DNA from: Syntrophales bacterium
Lineage (GTDB): Bacteria > Desulfobacterota > Syntrophia > Syntrophales > UBA2192
Direction: 5' to 3'
Assembly (NCBI GenBank): GCA_035450185.1
Contig: DAOTMG010000006.1
Coordinates: 27,905-91,904, forward strand
DNA: 64,000 nucleotides
In this document: piece after piece, positions 37,657 to 50,137 of the stretch
Numbering within the stretch: position 1 is the stretch's first letter
Layout: each line of letters begins with the position of its first letter
Translations under genes and position numbers: made by a program
The notes under the pieces: model-generated
Seen by the model: only the letters and a program-made list of their open reading frames with translations
Database searches by the model: none
Told to the model about the DNA's origin: nothing

Positions 37657-39642
37657 TCAGTGCTTCTTGGTCGAGCCGTGACTGCCCACGGCACCCTCGG
37701 GGGCCCTTTTGACGACCATGAGCGGATCGCCGACGTCCACCTGATCCCCCGGAGACACGATGACCTCCGAGACCTTCCCGTTGATCAAGGAGACGACGTT
37801 GTTGAGCATCTTCATGGCCTCGAGGATGATCAGAACCTGGCCGGCCAGGACATCTTCCCCGTCGGATACAGGGATCTCGTTCACCGTGCCCTTGATCGGC
37901 GAGCGGATGTCGCCCGCCTGCGCAAGGGCCTCGATCTCTTTCGGCGAGAGGGTCGCCTTCCGGACGACCTTCTCGCCCTCCTGCTCCATCTCGGTGAGGA
38001 TGGGTTCCGGGTGGTGATCGACGACGACGTAGGTCACCACATCGCCGCTGCTCGTCTTTCGCTGGGGGCCGATGATAAGAGAGTGGAGCTTCCCGTAGGC
38101 ATCGGGGAACTCGAAGGTATCGCCGAGGTTGAAGCCCCCTTTCTTGAACCAGATTTTCGGCGGCAGGACCCAGGACTTGCCGTATTTCTCCTGGAATTTG
38201 AAAAAGTTGACGGCGTCGTTCGGGTGCTGGAGATAGAGGACCAGTTCGTTTTCCGTGGCCCTGCGCTCCAGCCTTTTTTCGAGCACCCTTCTTTCGATTT
38301 CCAGGTCCACGTCCTCGATCTTCTGGTAGCCCCCGTCCCGCTCGAGGGTCTTCTTCCAGTCGGGACCGAAAACGGCTTCGTAGATCTCGTCAGCCGGGCG
38401 ATAGAACGGAAATTCCCCGTAGCGGCCGAGCATGAGGCTCTTCAGGTCGTCGTTCGCGGTCTTGTAGCGTGGCGGTTTCAGCACGTTGTTCACGGCCGTC
38501 GTCCAGAGGATCTGCGAGCCCGGCGTGACGCTCCACCAGTTTCCTAGTTCCACCTGCACACGGGGAAGCTCGTTCTGCAGTATGTGCGGCATGAGGTGCA
38601 GGAATCCCCCCTTCACGGCCTGCTCGAAACTCGAACCCGTGGCCCCCCCGGGAAGCTTGTGGATCTGGACGGTGGGGTCGAAACCGAGGAACTGCGATTC
38701 GAAATCCTTGTAGTACTCCCGCTCGGGCCTCAGCTTGTTCGACGTGTCAATGACGGCCTGCTTGTTGATCCCGACGGCGCGGTGCCCGTAATCCTCCAGG
38801 GTTTCCACGATGGTCAGAAGCGGCGGCGGGCCGTAGAAACCCGTGAAGGCGTGGTCCCCGCCGTTGACGATCTTTGCGCCGTTCCGGACGGCCTCGACGG
38901 TTCTGCCGATGTCGTTTCCGTCGGTGTTGTGTCCGTGATAGTGGATGATAAGATCGGGGAACCTCTGCAGGATCGCCCTGACGAGGTCACCGATCCTCCT
39001 GGCCGTTCCGAGACCGGCGTGATTCTTGATGCAGAGGATGACCTCGGGACCGGTGACATCCAGTATCTCCGACACCTTTTTCACGTAGTAGGCGTCGGTG
39101 TGCTCAGGGCCCGTGGAGAAGCAGATGGAGGGTTCCAGAATGCGCTCCGCGGCCCGGACCTCCTCGAACACGGGCACCATATTGGGCACGTGATTCAGGA
39201 AGTCAAAGACTCTCCAGACCTGGACGTAAGGGGCAAAGGCCCGCACCGTCAGGCGGATGACGTTTTCCGGATAGGGCCTGTATCCGAAGAGGTTGATCCC
39301 GCGGCAGAGGGTCTGGAACATCGTGTCGGGCATCAGAGAGCCCAGGACCTGGAGTTTCTCAATCGGGTCGATCTGCCTGCGGAGCATGTCCACGTGCACC
39401 GACGCCCCACCGCTGATCTCGATGGAGAAATAACCGCAGGCGTTCCGCTCCTCGGCCACGAGGATCTGGGTGTGCGGCATGACCCGGTTCTTGAAATCGG
39501 ACTGCGAAAGATCCCTCTCGGTGTTCGTCATGAAATAGCCCTTCGACCTGCGGATCTTATCGAGGACGTATTTGACCCCGTGCTCCTTCAGCTCCCGGGG
39601 GGAAATTCTCACATCGCTTATGTCTGCTTGCTTCTTTGCCAT
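37657..39642 (-). CDS. pycB: Pyruvate carboxylase subunit B (carboxyltransferase plus biotinyl carrier domain; oxaloacetate decarboxylase alpha-like)
   Basis: 661 aa with an HMGL-like/5S carboxyltransferase region and a C-terminal biotinylation motif LEAMKM. Sits immediately downstream of the biotin carboxylase gene. Confidence 0.85.
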   Translation of the reverse strand: MAKKQADISDVRISPRELKEHGVKYVLDKIRRSKGYFMTNTERDLSQSDFKNRVMPHTQILVAEERNACGYFSIEISGGASVHVDMLRRQIDPIEKLQVLGSLMPDTMFQTLCRGINLFGYRPYPENVIRLTVRAFAPYVQVWRVFDFLNHVPNMVPVFEEVRAAERILEPSICFSTGPEHTDAYYVKKVSEILDVTGPEVILCIKNHAGLGTARRIGDLVRAILQRFPDLIIHYHGHNTDGNDIGRTVEAVRNGAKIVNGGDHAFTGFYGPPPLLTIVETLEDYGHRAVGINKQAVIDTSNKLRPEREYYKDFESQFLGFDPTVQIHKLPGGATGSSFEQAVKGGFLHLMPHILQNELPRVQVELGNWWSVTPGSQILWTTAVNNVLKPPRYKTANDDLKSLMLGRYGEFPFYRPADEIYEAVFGPDWKKTLERDGGYQKIEDVDLEIERRVLEKRLERRATENELVLYLQHPNDAVNFFKFQEKYGKSWVLPPKIWFKKGGFNLGDTFEFPDAYGKLHSLIIGPQRKTSSGDVVTYVVVDHHPEPILTEMEQEGEKVVRKATLSPKEIEALAQAGDIRSPIKGTVNEIPVSDGEDVLAGQVLIILEAMKMLNNVVSLINGKVSEVIVSPGDQVDVGDPLMVVKRAPEGAVGSHGSTKKH

Positions 39643-39701
39643 GCGATTTCTTGTCCTTTTTTTTCCTGGTGCCCTGTATCCGATACCCTAGACCCCGTTT
39701 T

Positions 39702-41159
39702 TTAATAGGCGAAGGGATTGATCTTCTTTACATGGATGTCGGCGACGAGCTTGGCCAGCTTCGCGATCTCGCGCTCCGCTTCCGGGTAGTCGAAGATCGC
39801 GGGGTGGGTCTCGATGTAGCCGGTATCGTACTTTCCTTTTATGAAATCGGGTTCATCGCAGATGGCCAGATAGAAGGGGATCGTCGTCTTGGGCCCCACG
39901 ATCAAAAAGCCGAGGAGCGCCCTCTTGAGCCGACCGATCGTCTGTTCCCAGTCATAGCCCCGCACGGTCATCTTGACCATCAGGGAGTCGTAGTCCGTGG
40001 GGATGGTGTAGCCCTGGTAGACGACGCCGTCGAGCCGGATGCCGGGGCCGCCGGGAGACTGGTACACCTCGACCGTTTTCCCCCCTTCGGGCATGAAGTT
40101 GTTTTTCGGGTCTTCCGCGTTGATGCGCACCTGGACGGCCTTCCCGTGAAGATGGACGCGCTCGGCGGGGATGTCGATCTCATGTCCCTCGGCGATCCGG
40201 ATCTGCTCCCGGACGATGTCCACGCCCGTCAATTCCTCCGTGACGGTGTGCTCCACCTGGAGACGCGTGTTGACTTCCATGAACCAGAATTCGTTCGTCC
40301 GAGAATCCACGAGGAACTCCACCGTTCCCGCATTGACGTACCGGGCCTGCCGGGCCGCGGCCATGGCGGCCTCGTACATGGCCTCACGAACGGAGGGCGG
40401 CAGATCGGCCGGCGCGATCTCCAGCAGTTTCTGATGCCTGCGCTGGATGGAGCAATCCCGCGAACCGAGGTGGATGACGTTGCCCTTCTGATCGGCCAGG
40501 ATCTGGATCTCCACGTGCCGGGGGGCGGTGATGCATTTCTCGATGTAGATACTCTCGTTGCCGAAGGCCGAGCGGGCTTCCGTTCTTGCCAGGGGAAGCT
40601 GCACCAGAAGGTCGGGCTCGCCCTCCACCTTTCGGATACCCCGACCGCCTCCGCCGAGAGAGGCCTTCAACATGATGGGATAGCCGTTCTTTTTGCCGAA
40701 GGCCACGGCGTCGCGGATCCCCTCGTCCCCCGGCGGCAGGTTATCCGTTCCCGGGATGAAGGGAATGCCCGCCTTTTTCATCATTTCCCGTGCGACGACC
40801 TTGTCGCCCAGGGCCCGGATGACCTCCGGAGGAGGCCCGATGAAGAGAATGCCCTCCCGCTCGCAGGCGGCGGAAAAATCCGGGTTTTCCGCGAGAAAGC
40901 CGTACCCGGGGTGAATGGCGTCCGCGCCGGATTTGCGGGCCGCCCAGATATGCCGTTCGATGTCGAGGTAGTCCTTTCGGGGCCCGTCGCCGATCAAAAT
41001 GGCTTCGTCGGCCAGGCGGATGAAATAAGCCTCGCTGTCGGGCTTTTCGTAGACGGCGACGGAGCCGATCCCCAGTTCCTTGGCCGTCCGCATGATCCGT
41101 ACCGAGATCTCGCCTCGATTTGCAATGAGTATTTTTCTGATCTGTCTCGTTTTTCCCAT
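39702..41159 (-). CDS. pycA: Pyruvate carboxylase subunit A (biotin carboxylase)
   Basis: MGKTRQIRKILIANRGEISVRIMR, the ATP-grasp loop GGGGRGIR, and EMNTRLQVEH-type (EVNTRLQVEHTV). Start trimmed to ATG 41159. The upstream 72 codons of the track ORF run through the promoter. Confidence 0.88.
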   Translation of the reverse strand: MGKTRQIRKILIANRGEISVRIMRTAKELGIGSVAVYEKPDSEAYFIRLADEAILIGDGPRKDYLDIERHIWAARKSGADAIHPGYGFLAENPDFSAACEREGILFIGPPPEVIRALGDKVVAREMMKKAGIPFIPGTDNLPPGDEGIRDAVAFGKKNGYPIMLKASLGGGGRGIRKVEGEPDLLVQLPLARTEARSAFGNESIYIEKCITAPRHVEIQILADQKGNVIHLGSRDCSIQRRHQKLLEIAPADLPPSVREAMYEAAMAAARQARYVNAGTVEFLVDSRTNEFWFMEVNTRLQVEHTVTEELTGVDIVREQIRIAEGHEIDIPAERVHLHGKAVQVRINAEDPKNNFMPEGGKTVEVYQSPGGPGIRLDGVVYQGYTIPTDYDSLMVKMTVRGYDWEQTIGRLKRALLGFLIVGPKTTIPFYLAICDEPDFIKGKYDTGYIETHPAIFDYPEAEREIAKLAKLVADIHVKKINPFAY

Positions 41160-41237
41160 ATAAAAAAGCCCGCGGCCCCTTTCTCCAGCCTGATAACCGA
41201 CGCCCCACCCCCGCTTGATCGAAAAAACGTGGATGGC

Positions 41238-41266
41238 TTTATACTGGTATCCCCTCCAAGTGTCAA
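41238..41266 (-). promoter_or_regulatory. Sigma70-like promoter for pycAB
   Basis: Minus strand TTGACA (41266-41261), 17 nt spacer, TATAAA (41243-41238). A 6-3-6 palindrome AGACGA-ttg-TCGTCT abuts the -35 element. Confidence 0.55.
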
Positions 41267-41365
41267 GACGATTGTCGTCTCGCCGGAGATGCGGGTATGT
41301 CTCTCTTGAGACGACCCGGGTCCGGGGGCGTCCGCCGACGGTGGAAGGAATTTCCAAAATTGATC

Positions 41366-41394
41366 TTGACATCAAAAGATTAGTTGGCTAAACG
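41366..41394 (+). promoter_or_regulatory. Sigma70-like promoter for the EF-G paralog
   Basis: TTGACA (41366-41371), 17 nt spacer, TAAACG (41389-41394). SD AAAGGAG lies before ATG 41436. Confidence 0.45.
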
Positions 41395-41435
41395 GTTTTT
41401 TTACGATTTTCGGAACGTCCCTGAAAGGAGCCTCT

Positions 41436-43520
41436 ATGGCAAAGTATGCCTCTCATTCGCTGCGAAATGTCGCCGTCGTGGGGCACGGCGGCACGGGCAA
41501 AACGTCTCTTTGTGAGTCCCTGCTCTACGTCTCCGGCAAGACCGAACGCCTCGGCCGGGTGGATGACGGAACGTCGTCGATGGACTTCGAACCGGAAGAG
41601 CAAAAGAGACGCATTTCCATCAGTTCGGCCCTGAACTTCATCGAGTGGGACAAGCACAAGATCAACATCATCGACACCCCCGGTGATGCCAATTTTGCCA
41701 TGGACACCCGGAGCGCGCTGCGCGTCATGGACGCCGCCCTGGTCGTGATCGATGCCGTCGGCGGCGTCGAATTCCAAACGGAGAAGGTCTGGGAGTCCGC
41801 CGACGAGTTCGGTCTGCCCCGTCTCGTTTTCATCAACAAAATGGACCGTGAGCGCGCGGACTTTTCCGGCGCGATCGACAGCGTGAAAAAAACCCTGGGA
41901 CGAAAAGCCACGCCGATTTACCTTCCCATCGGAGCCGAGGATGCCTTCCGGGGGCTCTACGACCTGATCAACATGAAAGCCCTGATCTTCGACGACTCCA
42001 GGGGTAAATTCAGGACCGAGGACATTCCCGCGGACCGGATGGAAGAGATCCGCAAGGCCCGGGAATCCATGGTGGAGGACATTGCGGAGTGCGACGACGC
42101 CCTGATGGACAAGTACCTGGAAAGCGGCGAACTCACCGTCGAGGAGCTGCAGAAGGGCCTGAAGAAAGGGGTTCTGTCGGGAAGCCTGATACCGGCTACC
42201 TGCGGATCGGCGGCCAAAAACATCGGGATGACACCGCTTATGGATATGATCGTCCGCTACCTCCCTTCGCCGGTTGACCGGGGTGCCGTTGCAGGCAAGG
42301 TGCCGGGAACGGACAAGGAAGCCCGGCGGATGCCCGACGAGAAAGAACCCTTCTCCGGATTCGTCTTCAAGACCATCTCCGACCCCTACGCGGGGAGGTT
42401 GACGCTTTTCCGGGTTTATTCGGGCACCCTCACGCCGGATTCCAACTTCTTCAACGTGACACGAAAAATGAACGAGCGTTTCGGGAATATCTTCTTTCTC
42501 GAGGGGAAAAACCAGCGGACCGCCGAGTCCCATCTGGTGCCCGGCGACATCGCCGCCATGGCGAAACTCAAGGAAACCGTCACCGGGGACACGATCTGTG
42601 ACGAAAAGAACCCCGTCGTTTACGAAAAGGTGCCCGTGACCCCGACGATCATCTCTTTCGCCGTCCAGCCGAAATCGAGAGGCGACGAGGAAAAGATCAC
42701 GGCATCGCTGAACCGGCTGATCGAAGAGGACCCGACCCTGTCGGTGCACCGGGACGAGCAGACCCGCGAGATCATCCTTTCCGGCATGGGCCAGGTTCAC
42801 ATCGAGGCCACGATCGAGAAATTGAAACGCAAGTTCGGCGTTGAGGTGAATCTCTCAACCCCCAAGGTCCCCTACAAGGAGACGATCAAGGGCAAGACCC
42901 AGGTCCAGGGAAAATACAAGAAACAATCGGGCGGCCGGGGCCAGTACGGGGACACCTGGCTCGACATCGAGCCCCTGCCGCGCGGATCGGGCTTCCAGTT
43001 CGAGGACCGGATCGTCGGTGGTGTGGTCCCCCGTCAGTACATCCCGGCGGTGGAAAAAGGAATCGTGGAGGCCATGGCGGAGGGTGTTCTCGCGGGATAC
43101 CCGGTGGTGGATATCAAGGTAGCCCTTTTCGACGGCACGTTCCACACCGTGGACTCTTCGGAGCTGGCCTTCAAGATCGCGGCGTCCATGGGCTTCAAGA
43201 AAGGAGTTCTCGCCTGCCAGCCGACGCTTCTGGAACCCATCGTCAACATCGAAATCGAAATCCCGGAAGAGTACATGGGGGATGTCATCGGTGATCTGAA
43301 CTCCCGCCGCGGACGGGTGGTAGGGATGGACACCAAGGGACACCACCAGATCATCATGGGCCAGGTTCCCCTGGCGGAGATCCTCCGCTACGCGCCGGAT
43401 CTTCGATCCATCACGAGCGGCCGGGGGGGATTCACCTACACCTTCTCCCACTACGAGGAGGTCCCGGCGCCCATCGCGGAGAAGATCATCGCCCAGTCCA
43501 AGAAAGAAAAAGAAGAATAA
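41436..43520 (+). CDS. fusA: Elongation factor G family GTPase (EF-G paralog, not in a str operon context)
   Basis: 694 aa with G1 GHGGTGKTS, G3 DTPGDANF, G4 NKMD, and EF-G domains II-V recognisable. Confidence 0.9.
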   Translation: MAKYASHSLRNVAVVGHGGTGKTSLCESLLYVSGKTERLGRVDDGTSSMDFEPEEQKRRISISSALNFIEWDKHKINIIDTPGDANFAMDTRSALRVMDAALVVIDAVGGVEFQTEKVWESADEFGLPRLVFINKMDRERADFSGAIDSVKKTLGRKATPIYLPIGAEDAFRGLYDLINMKALIFDDSRGKFRTEDIPADRMEEIRKARESMVEDIAECDDALMDKYLESGELTVEELQKGLKKGVLSGSLIPATCGSAAKNIGMTPLMDMIVRYLPSPVDRGAVAGKVPGTDKEARRMPDEKEPFSGFVFKTISDPYAGRLTLFRVYSGTLTPDSNFFNVTRKMNERFGNIFFLEGKNQRTAESHLVPGDIAAMAKLKETVTGDTICDEKNPVVYEKVPVTPTIISFAVQPKSRGDEEKITASLNRLIEEDPTLSVHRDEQTREIILSGMGQVHIEATIEKLKRKFGVEVNLSTPKVPYKETIKGKTQVQGKYKKQSGGRGQYGDTWLDIEPLPRGSGFQFEDRIVGGVVPRQYIPAVEKGIVEAMAEGVLAGYPVVDIKVALFDGTFHTVDSSELAFKIAASMGFKKGVLACQPTLLEPIVNIEIEIPEEYMGDVIGDLNSRRGRVVGMDTKGHHQIIMGQVPLAEILRYAPDLRSITSGRGGFTYTFSHYEEVPAPIAEKIIAQSKKEKEE

Positions 43521-43525
43521 GGGCA

Positions 43526-44014
43526 TTGTACAGAGCAGGCATCCTGACAGTCAGTGACCGAGGAGCCCGGGGAGAGCGGGAAGACACAAGCGGCAAGGTG
43601 ATCGCCCGGATGCTCGCCGCCGCCTCCATGGAGGTGGCCGCCTATGACCTCGTCCCCGACGAGGAGGATCTCATCGCCGCCAAGATTGTGGAGTTCGTCG
43701 ATTCGAAGAAACTCGATCTGGTCATCACCACCGGAGGGACCGGTGTGAGTCCCCGCGACGTAACCCCCGATGCGACCCGGCGGGTCATGGACAGGGAAAT
43801 CCCCGGGATGGCGGAAGCCATGCGGCAGGAAAGCGCCCGTCAGACACCCCACGCCATGCTTTCCCGCGCGGTGGCGGCCATCCGGAAACAATCCCTCATC
43901 ATCAATCTCCCCGGAAGCCCGCAAGGCGCCGGAGAAAACCTGCGGGCCGTTCTTCCGGCCCTCCGGCATGCCATCGAGAAGATCAAGGGCGACCCTGGAG
44001 ACTGCGGAACTTAG
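43526..44014 (+). CDS. mog: Molybdenum cofactor biosynthesis protein MogA/MoaB family (molybdopterin adenylyltransferase)
   Basis: 162 aa with ILTVSDRG, VITTGGTGVSPRDVTPDAT, and INLPGSP. The start codon is a TTG at 43526. Confidence 0.88.
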   Translation: MYRAGILTVSDRGARGEREDTSGKVIARMLAAASMEVAAYDLVPDEEDLIAAKIVEFVDSKKLDLVITTGGTGVSPRDVTPDATRRVMDREIPGMAEAMRQESARQTPHAMLSRAVAAIRKQSLIINLPGSPQGAGENLRAVLPALRHAIEKIKGDPGDCGT

Positions 44015-44120
44015 GACGCCAAGAAGCCGGAAATCCCGGCGGAAGATTTCTTTTTTGCGGCACTTCCGCTCTTCCTCACTTCCTGACTTCATGCCCGATG
44101 TACGTCGTCCTCCCATCAGC

Positions 44121-44588
44121 CTACCCGGCCTTCAATATTCGCCGAAGCATGGAAAGAGCACGCTCCCGGTGCGTTCCCGGCCAGTAGATTTTGCCGCATC
44201 GGGGACACCGCCTGAAATCCCGCACCTGTCCCCAGACATATTCGGGGACGAGCCCCGCCACACGGTCGGGGGACACCTCTTCCAGGTCATCGTTGCAGAG
44301 AAGGCAGCGCCTGAAAAAGAAGGCGGGATCGGGTTGGAGGGAAAGCCGGCTCAAAACCTCCCGGATCTGGTCCCCGACGAGGTCTTCCCGGAGGACGATC
44401 ACCGGTCCGGGGTGGCTTCGTTCCGCCATGTCACGCTTCCTCGTGACGACCACACGCCCTTCTTTTTCCGCCTTTCTCAAGAAGGCCCGGTCGGTTTCAC
44501 CCCGGTAATAAACCGTGTCGTAACCCAGAAGCCTCAGCCATTTTGAAAGCCTGCCCAGGGAACGGTCCGCGAGGAATCGGACATCCAT
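44121..44588 (-). CDS. Mut7-C RNase domain (DUF82, PIN-like plus zinc ribbon) protein
   Basis: 155 aa with FLADRSLGRLSKWLRLLGYDTVY, and a C-terminal CLLCN...CPRCGKIYWPGTH zinc ribbon. Confidence 0.8.
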   Translation of the reverse strand: MDVRFLADRSLGRLSKWLRLLGYDTVYYRGETDRAFLRKAEKEGRVVVTRKRDMAERSHPGPVIVLREDLVGDQIREVLSRLSLQPDPAFFFRRCLLCNDDLEEVSPDRVAGLVPEYVWGQVRDFRRCPRCGKIYWPGTHRERALSMLRRILKAG

Positions 44589-44606
44589 CGGAACGATCTC
44601 ATGCGC

Positions 44607-44912
44607 TCAAAGCGTCTTTGTTTCGTCGAACGACGGAGCGCTTTTCAGGAGACTCTGGTTCCGCCGCTCGAGGTCGTCGATTTTCCGATACAGCCGGTTG
44701 ATCGTCATCGTCTGCTTGAAGCGTTCTACAATCCCCAGGAGCCCAGCGACGATGATGCCGGCGAAAAAAGAGATGAAGACGATCAGGTAGATGGCCACGA
44801 GATGATCCAGGTAGGTGTAATACCTGATATGCACGTCACCGGGATTCTGGAAGGCGAAGGTCACAAAAAAAATAACGAAAGCCATGGTCATCAGGAAGTA
44901 GAGAAATTTCAT
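44607..44912 (-). CDS. LapA-domain (DUF1049) inner membrane protein
   Basis: 101 aa with two TM helices, FAFQNPGDVHIRYY, and a C-terminal coiled segment. Its start ATG overlaps the upstream HIT gene stop (ATGA). Confidence 0.75.
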   Translation of the reverse strand: MKFLYFLMTMAFVIFFVTFAFQNPGDVHIRYYTYLDHLVAIYLIVFISFFAGIIVAGLLGIVERFKQTMTINRLYRKIDDLERRNQSLLKSAPSFDETKTL

Positions 44913-45400
44913 TTCCGGCCCCCCGTTTTGATTTTTTTCACGTTTCTCCTCAAGGTCACCCGGGTCTTGTCCAGGTCTTCCGGGATCACCCGGACCTCTC
45001 CCAGGACGCTCATGAAATTGGTATCGCCGCTCCAGCGGGGAACGATGTGCAGATGCAGATGGTCATCGATGCCGGCACCGGCGGCCTTGCCGAGGTTCAT
45101 GCCGATGTTGAACCCCTGAGGGCCGTAGGCGTTTTTCAGGGCCCGGACGGCAAGGTCCGTGAGATCGAACAGTTCGAGTCTTTCCCTCCGGTCCAGGTCT
45201 TCAATGTTCGCGACGTGCCGATAGGGCGCAACCATCATGTGACCGCTGATATAGGGAAAGCGGTTCATGAGGATGAAGGCCTTTTCCCCCTCGTAAACCA
45301 TGAGAGCCCTGTCGAGCCCCGAGCCGCTGCAAAAGATGCATCCCTCGGGCTTTTTCCTCTTGATGTATTTGATTCTCCACGGCGCGGACAGATTTTTCAT
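44909..45400 (-). CDS. HIT family protein (Ap4A phosphorylase / nucleotidyl transferase-like)
   Basis: MKNLSAPWRIKYIKRKKPEGCIFC, with histidine triad DDHLHLHIVPRW. Start trimmed to ATG 45400. Confidence 0.88.
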   Translation of the reverse strand: MKNLSAPWRIKYIKRKKPEGCIFCSGSGLDRALMVYEGEKAFILMNRFPYISGHMMVAPYRHVANIEDLDRRERLELFDLTDLAVRALKNAYGPQGFNIGMNLGKAAGAGIDDHLHLHIVPRWSGDTNFMSVLGEVRVIPEDLDKTRVTLRRNVKKIKTGGRK

Positions 45401-45446
45401 GACGAACCCCGGACACCTTTTCCGGAACAGGCGAAAGCCGCGTCGG

Positions 45447-45923
45447 TCAGACGCGGATGATTTCCCCCTCGATCCGGTCGCCGACCTCGAGGATGCCGAT
45501 CGTGTTTTGAAGTGTGAAAAATCTCCCCGTGGCGGATCCCGGATTGAAGAAGAGCACCCGGCCGCGGAGTTCGTTCGCGGCCTGATGCGTGTGGCCGTAA
45601 ACAATGCAGTCCAGGACATCGAAGGCCTTGAGGATCCGCTGTTCGATCCCGAAGGGGGACCCCCAGCCGTGGATCAACCCCACCCGATGGCCGCCGATTT
45701 CGAGGACACATTTGTCGGGCAGATGCTTTCGCACCTCCGGCGGGTCCATGTTGCCGTAAACAGCCCTGACCGGTTTGCCTTCGAAGACATCCAGAACGCT
45801 GAGGTCCGTCAGGTCGCCGGCATGCAGGATCAGGTCGCAGTCCCTCAGATGATGCCGATAGATTTCCGCCAGTCTATCGCTGTACCCGCTCAGATGGGTA
45901 TCTGAAAGAACACCGACCCTCAC
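45447..45923 (-). CDS. YfcE/MJ0936 family metallophosphoesterase
   Basis: VRVGVLSDTHL, LHAGD, GNMD, and YGHTH motifs. Start assigned to GTG 45923, with GGAGG at 45930-45934 upstream. The track ORF extends further upstream. Confidence 0.85.
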   Translation of the reverse strand: MRVGVLSDTHLSGYSDRLAEIYRHHLRDCDLILHAGDLTDLSVLDVFEGKPVRAVYGNMDPPEVRKHLPDKCVLEIGGHRVGLIHGWGSPFGIEQRILKAFDVLDCIVYGHTHQAANELRGRVLFFNPGSATGRFFTLQNTIGILEVGDRIEGEIIRV

Positions 45924-45948
45924 GGCTTTCCTCCTTCGAAGTTCGGAG

Positions 45949-45976
45949 ATTATATATCGGGAGACCAAAAAGACAA
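45949..45976 (-). promoter_or_regulatory. Sigma70-like promoter for the metallophosphoesterase-HIT-LapA unit
   Basis: Minus strand TTGTCT (45976-45971), 16 nt spacer, TATAAT (45954-45949). Confidence 0.5.
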
Positions 45977-46052
45977 GCCTTTTTTGGCATTTCACCTTCT
46001 TGCCGGATCATCGCGTCGGCCGGGGGGGTCCCGCCGTCGGCGGAGCTTTCGT

Positions 46053-46081
46053 TTGACATTTCATCGACAGACATATACTAT
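46053..46081 (+). promoter_or_regulatory. Sigma70-like promoter for the small ORF plus ligA
   Basis: TTGACA (46053-46058), 17 nt spacer, TACTAT (46076-46081). Confidence 0.55.
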
Positions 46082-46116
46082 GACTATGGTCCACACAATG
46101 CCTCGGACGTGATCCA

Positions 46117-48404
<2,288 letters not shown>

Positions 48405-48456
48405 TTTTTCTCCTCAGACCCCCTGAGCCCTCAGCCTTAAGCCTTTTGCCTGTCGA

Positions 48457-48732
48457 ATGATGAAACGGGTTCACGTCTATATATCCGGTCTTGTGCAGGG
48501 CGTCTTCTTCCGGGCCAGGACGCACCGTGAGGCGACCCGTCTCGGGCTTGCGGGCTGGGTCCGAAATTGCCGGGACGGCCGTGTGGAGGCTGTTTTCGAA
48601 GGGGCCGAAGAGAAGATCCGGGAGATGCTCGACTGGTGCCGGCGGGGACCGAGGGAGGCCCGGGTCGATCACGTGGACGTGATCGAGGAACCCTGGACGG
48701 GGGCTTTTCGGGATTTTACCGTCCGGTACTGA
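48457..48732 (+). CDS. acyP: Acylphosphatase
   Basis: 91 aa with VYISGLVQGVFFRARTHREATRLGLAGWVRNCRDGRVE. Confidence 0.92.
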   Translation: MMKRVHVYISGLVQGVFFRARTHREATRLGLAGWVRNCRDGRVEAVFEGAEEKIREMLDWCRRGPREARVDHVDVIEEPWTGAFRDFTVRY

Positions 48733-48834
48733 CGATCTCAGGCCCTCCTGTGTCCCTTCGAGTGGAGCAGGCCGCGGGAGGCCGTCCCGCGCAAAGACCG
48801 TCGCCCCTGCCGCTTTCCCTTCCACGACCCTGTC

Positions 48835-50016
48835 CTACCGATACTCCCGCATCACCTCGCCGAAGCCCTTCATGGCCTTTTCAATCGTTGCATCATCGAC
48901 GCAGTAGGCGATCCGAAAATAGCCGGGGCTTCCGAAACCGCTTCCCGGAACGGTGAGGATGTTGTGCTTCTGGAGGCTCCGGACGAATGCGACGTCATCG
49001 GCGATGGGCGTCTTGGGGAAAAGGTAGAAAGCCCCGCGGGGTTTCATGAATTCGTATCCTCTCTCGGCAAGGCCCCGGCAGAGGAGGTCTCGCTTCCGGT
49101 GGTACTCTTCCACGTCCACGCGGGACTCGAGCAGTTTCGGCAGGACCCGCTGCATGAAAGCAGGGGCATTGACGAAACCGAGCATCCGATTGCACATTAC
49201 GAGTCCGCCGAGCAGGGTTTCGACGGCTTCCGTCCGGGGGTTCACGGCGATGAAACCGATTCGCTCGCCCGGAATCGACAGGGTCTTGGAATAGGAGTTC
49301 GCGATGATGCTGTTGCGGTAAATCTGAAGCAGGCTGGGGATCTTCACCCCGTCGTAGACGATCCGGTCATAGGGCTCGTCCGATATGAGGTAGATCGCCC
49401 GGCCGAGTTTCCTCCCCCTGTCGTTCAGGATGTCCGCGAGCCCCCGGAGCTCCCCATCGCCGTATATCTGTCCCGTCGGGTTGTTGGGCGAGTTGACCAG
49501 GACGGCCCTGGTCCTCTCCGTGATCGATGCCTCGATGGCTCCCAGGTCCAGGGAGAAGTCCGCTTTGGTCTTTACCGTTTTCGCGACTCCGCCGTGATTG
49601 TCCACGTAGGCCAGGTATTCCACGAAAAAGGGAACCATGATGAGAACCTCGTCTCCCGGATCGAGGATCGCCTTCAGGATGACGTTGAGCGCCCCCGCGG
49701 CGCCGCAGGTCATGATCACGTGGTCTGCTGTCAGCGAAATGCCCTTCTCCCGCCCGAGATGCCCGGCGACGGCCGCCCGGGTTTCCGGGAATCCGGCGTT
49801 GGGCATGTAGGCATGGACACCTGGCCGTTCATCGGAGGCCGTCTCCAGCAGGGCCTTCTTCAAAGCCGGCGGCGGATCGACGTTCGGGTTCCCGAGGCTG
49901 AAATCAAAGACGTTTTCCGCCCCGAATTCCTTCTTCAGACGCATGCCGTCCTCGAACATTTTACGGATCCAGGATTGCTGGGTGATCGTCTTTGCGATCT
50001 TCTCCGATACCGCCAT
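48835..50016 (-). CDS. Class I/II PLP-dependent aminotransferase
   Basis: MAVSEKIAKTI..., NSPNNPTGQIY, and SYSKTLSIPGERIGF (PLP Lys). Start trimmed to ATG 50016, preceded by GGGAGGG. Confidence 0.88.
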   Translation of the reverse strand: MAVSEKIAKTITQQSWIRKMFEDGMRLKKEFGAENVFDFSLGNPNVDPPPALKKALLETASDERPGVHAYMPNAGFPETRAAVAGHLGREKGISLTADHVIMTCGAAGALNVILKAILDPGDEVLIMVPFFVEYLAYVDNHGGVAKTVKTKADFSLDLGAIEASITERTRAVLVNSPNNPTGQIYGDGELRGLADILNDRGRKLGRAIYLISDEPYDRIVYDGVKIPSLLQIYRNSIIANSYSKTLSIPGERIGFIAVNPRTEAVETLLGGLVMCNRMLGFVNAPAFMQRVLPKLLESRVDVEEYHRKRDLLCRGLAERGYEFMKPRGAFYLFPKTPIADDVAFVRSLQKHNILTVPGSGFGSPGYFRIAYCVDDATIEKAMKGFGEVMREYR

Positions 50017-50109
50017 GATGCCCTCCCGAGTCGACGGATTCAATGGCCCTGCTATCACAGACCGGGAGCCTGCGTCAACCAAAAGCCTTCCCCAACGGGG
50101 CAATACCTC

Positions 50110-50137
50110 TTGACTTTTGGGGATCCCTTGGCTAAAC
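50110..50137 (+). promoter_or_regulatory. Sigma70-like promoter for the MBL-fold hydrolase gene
   Basis: TTGACT (50110-50115), 16 nt spacer, TAAACT (50132-50137). Confidence 0.4.
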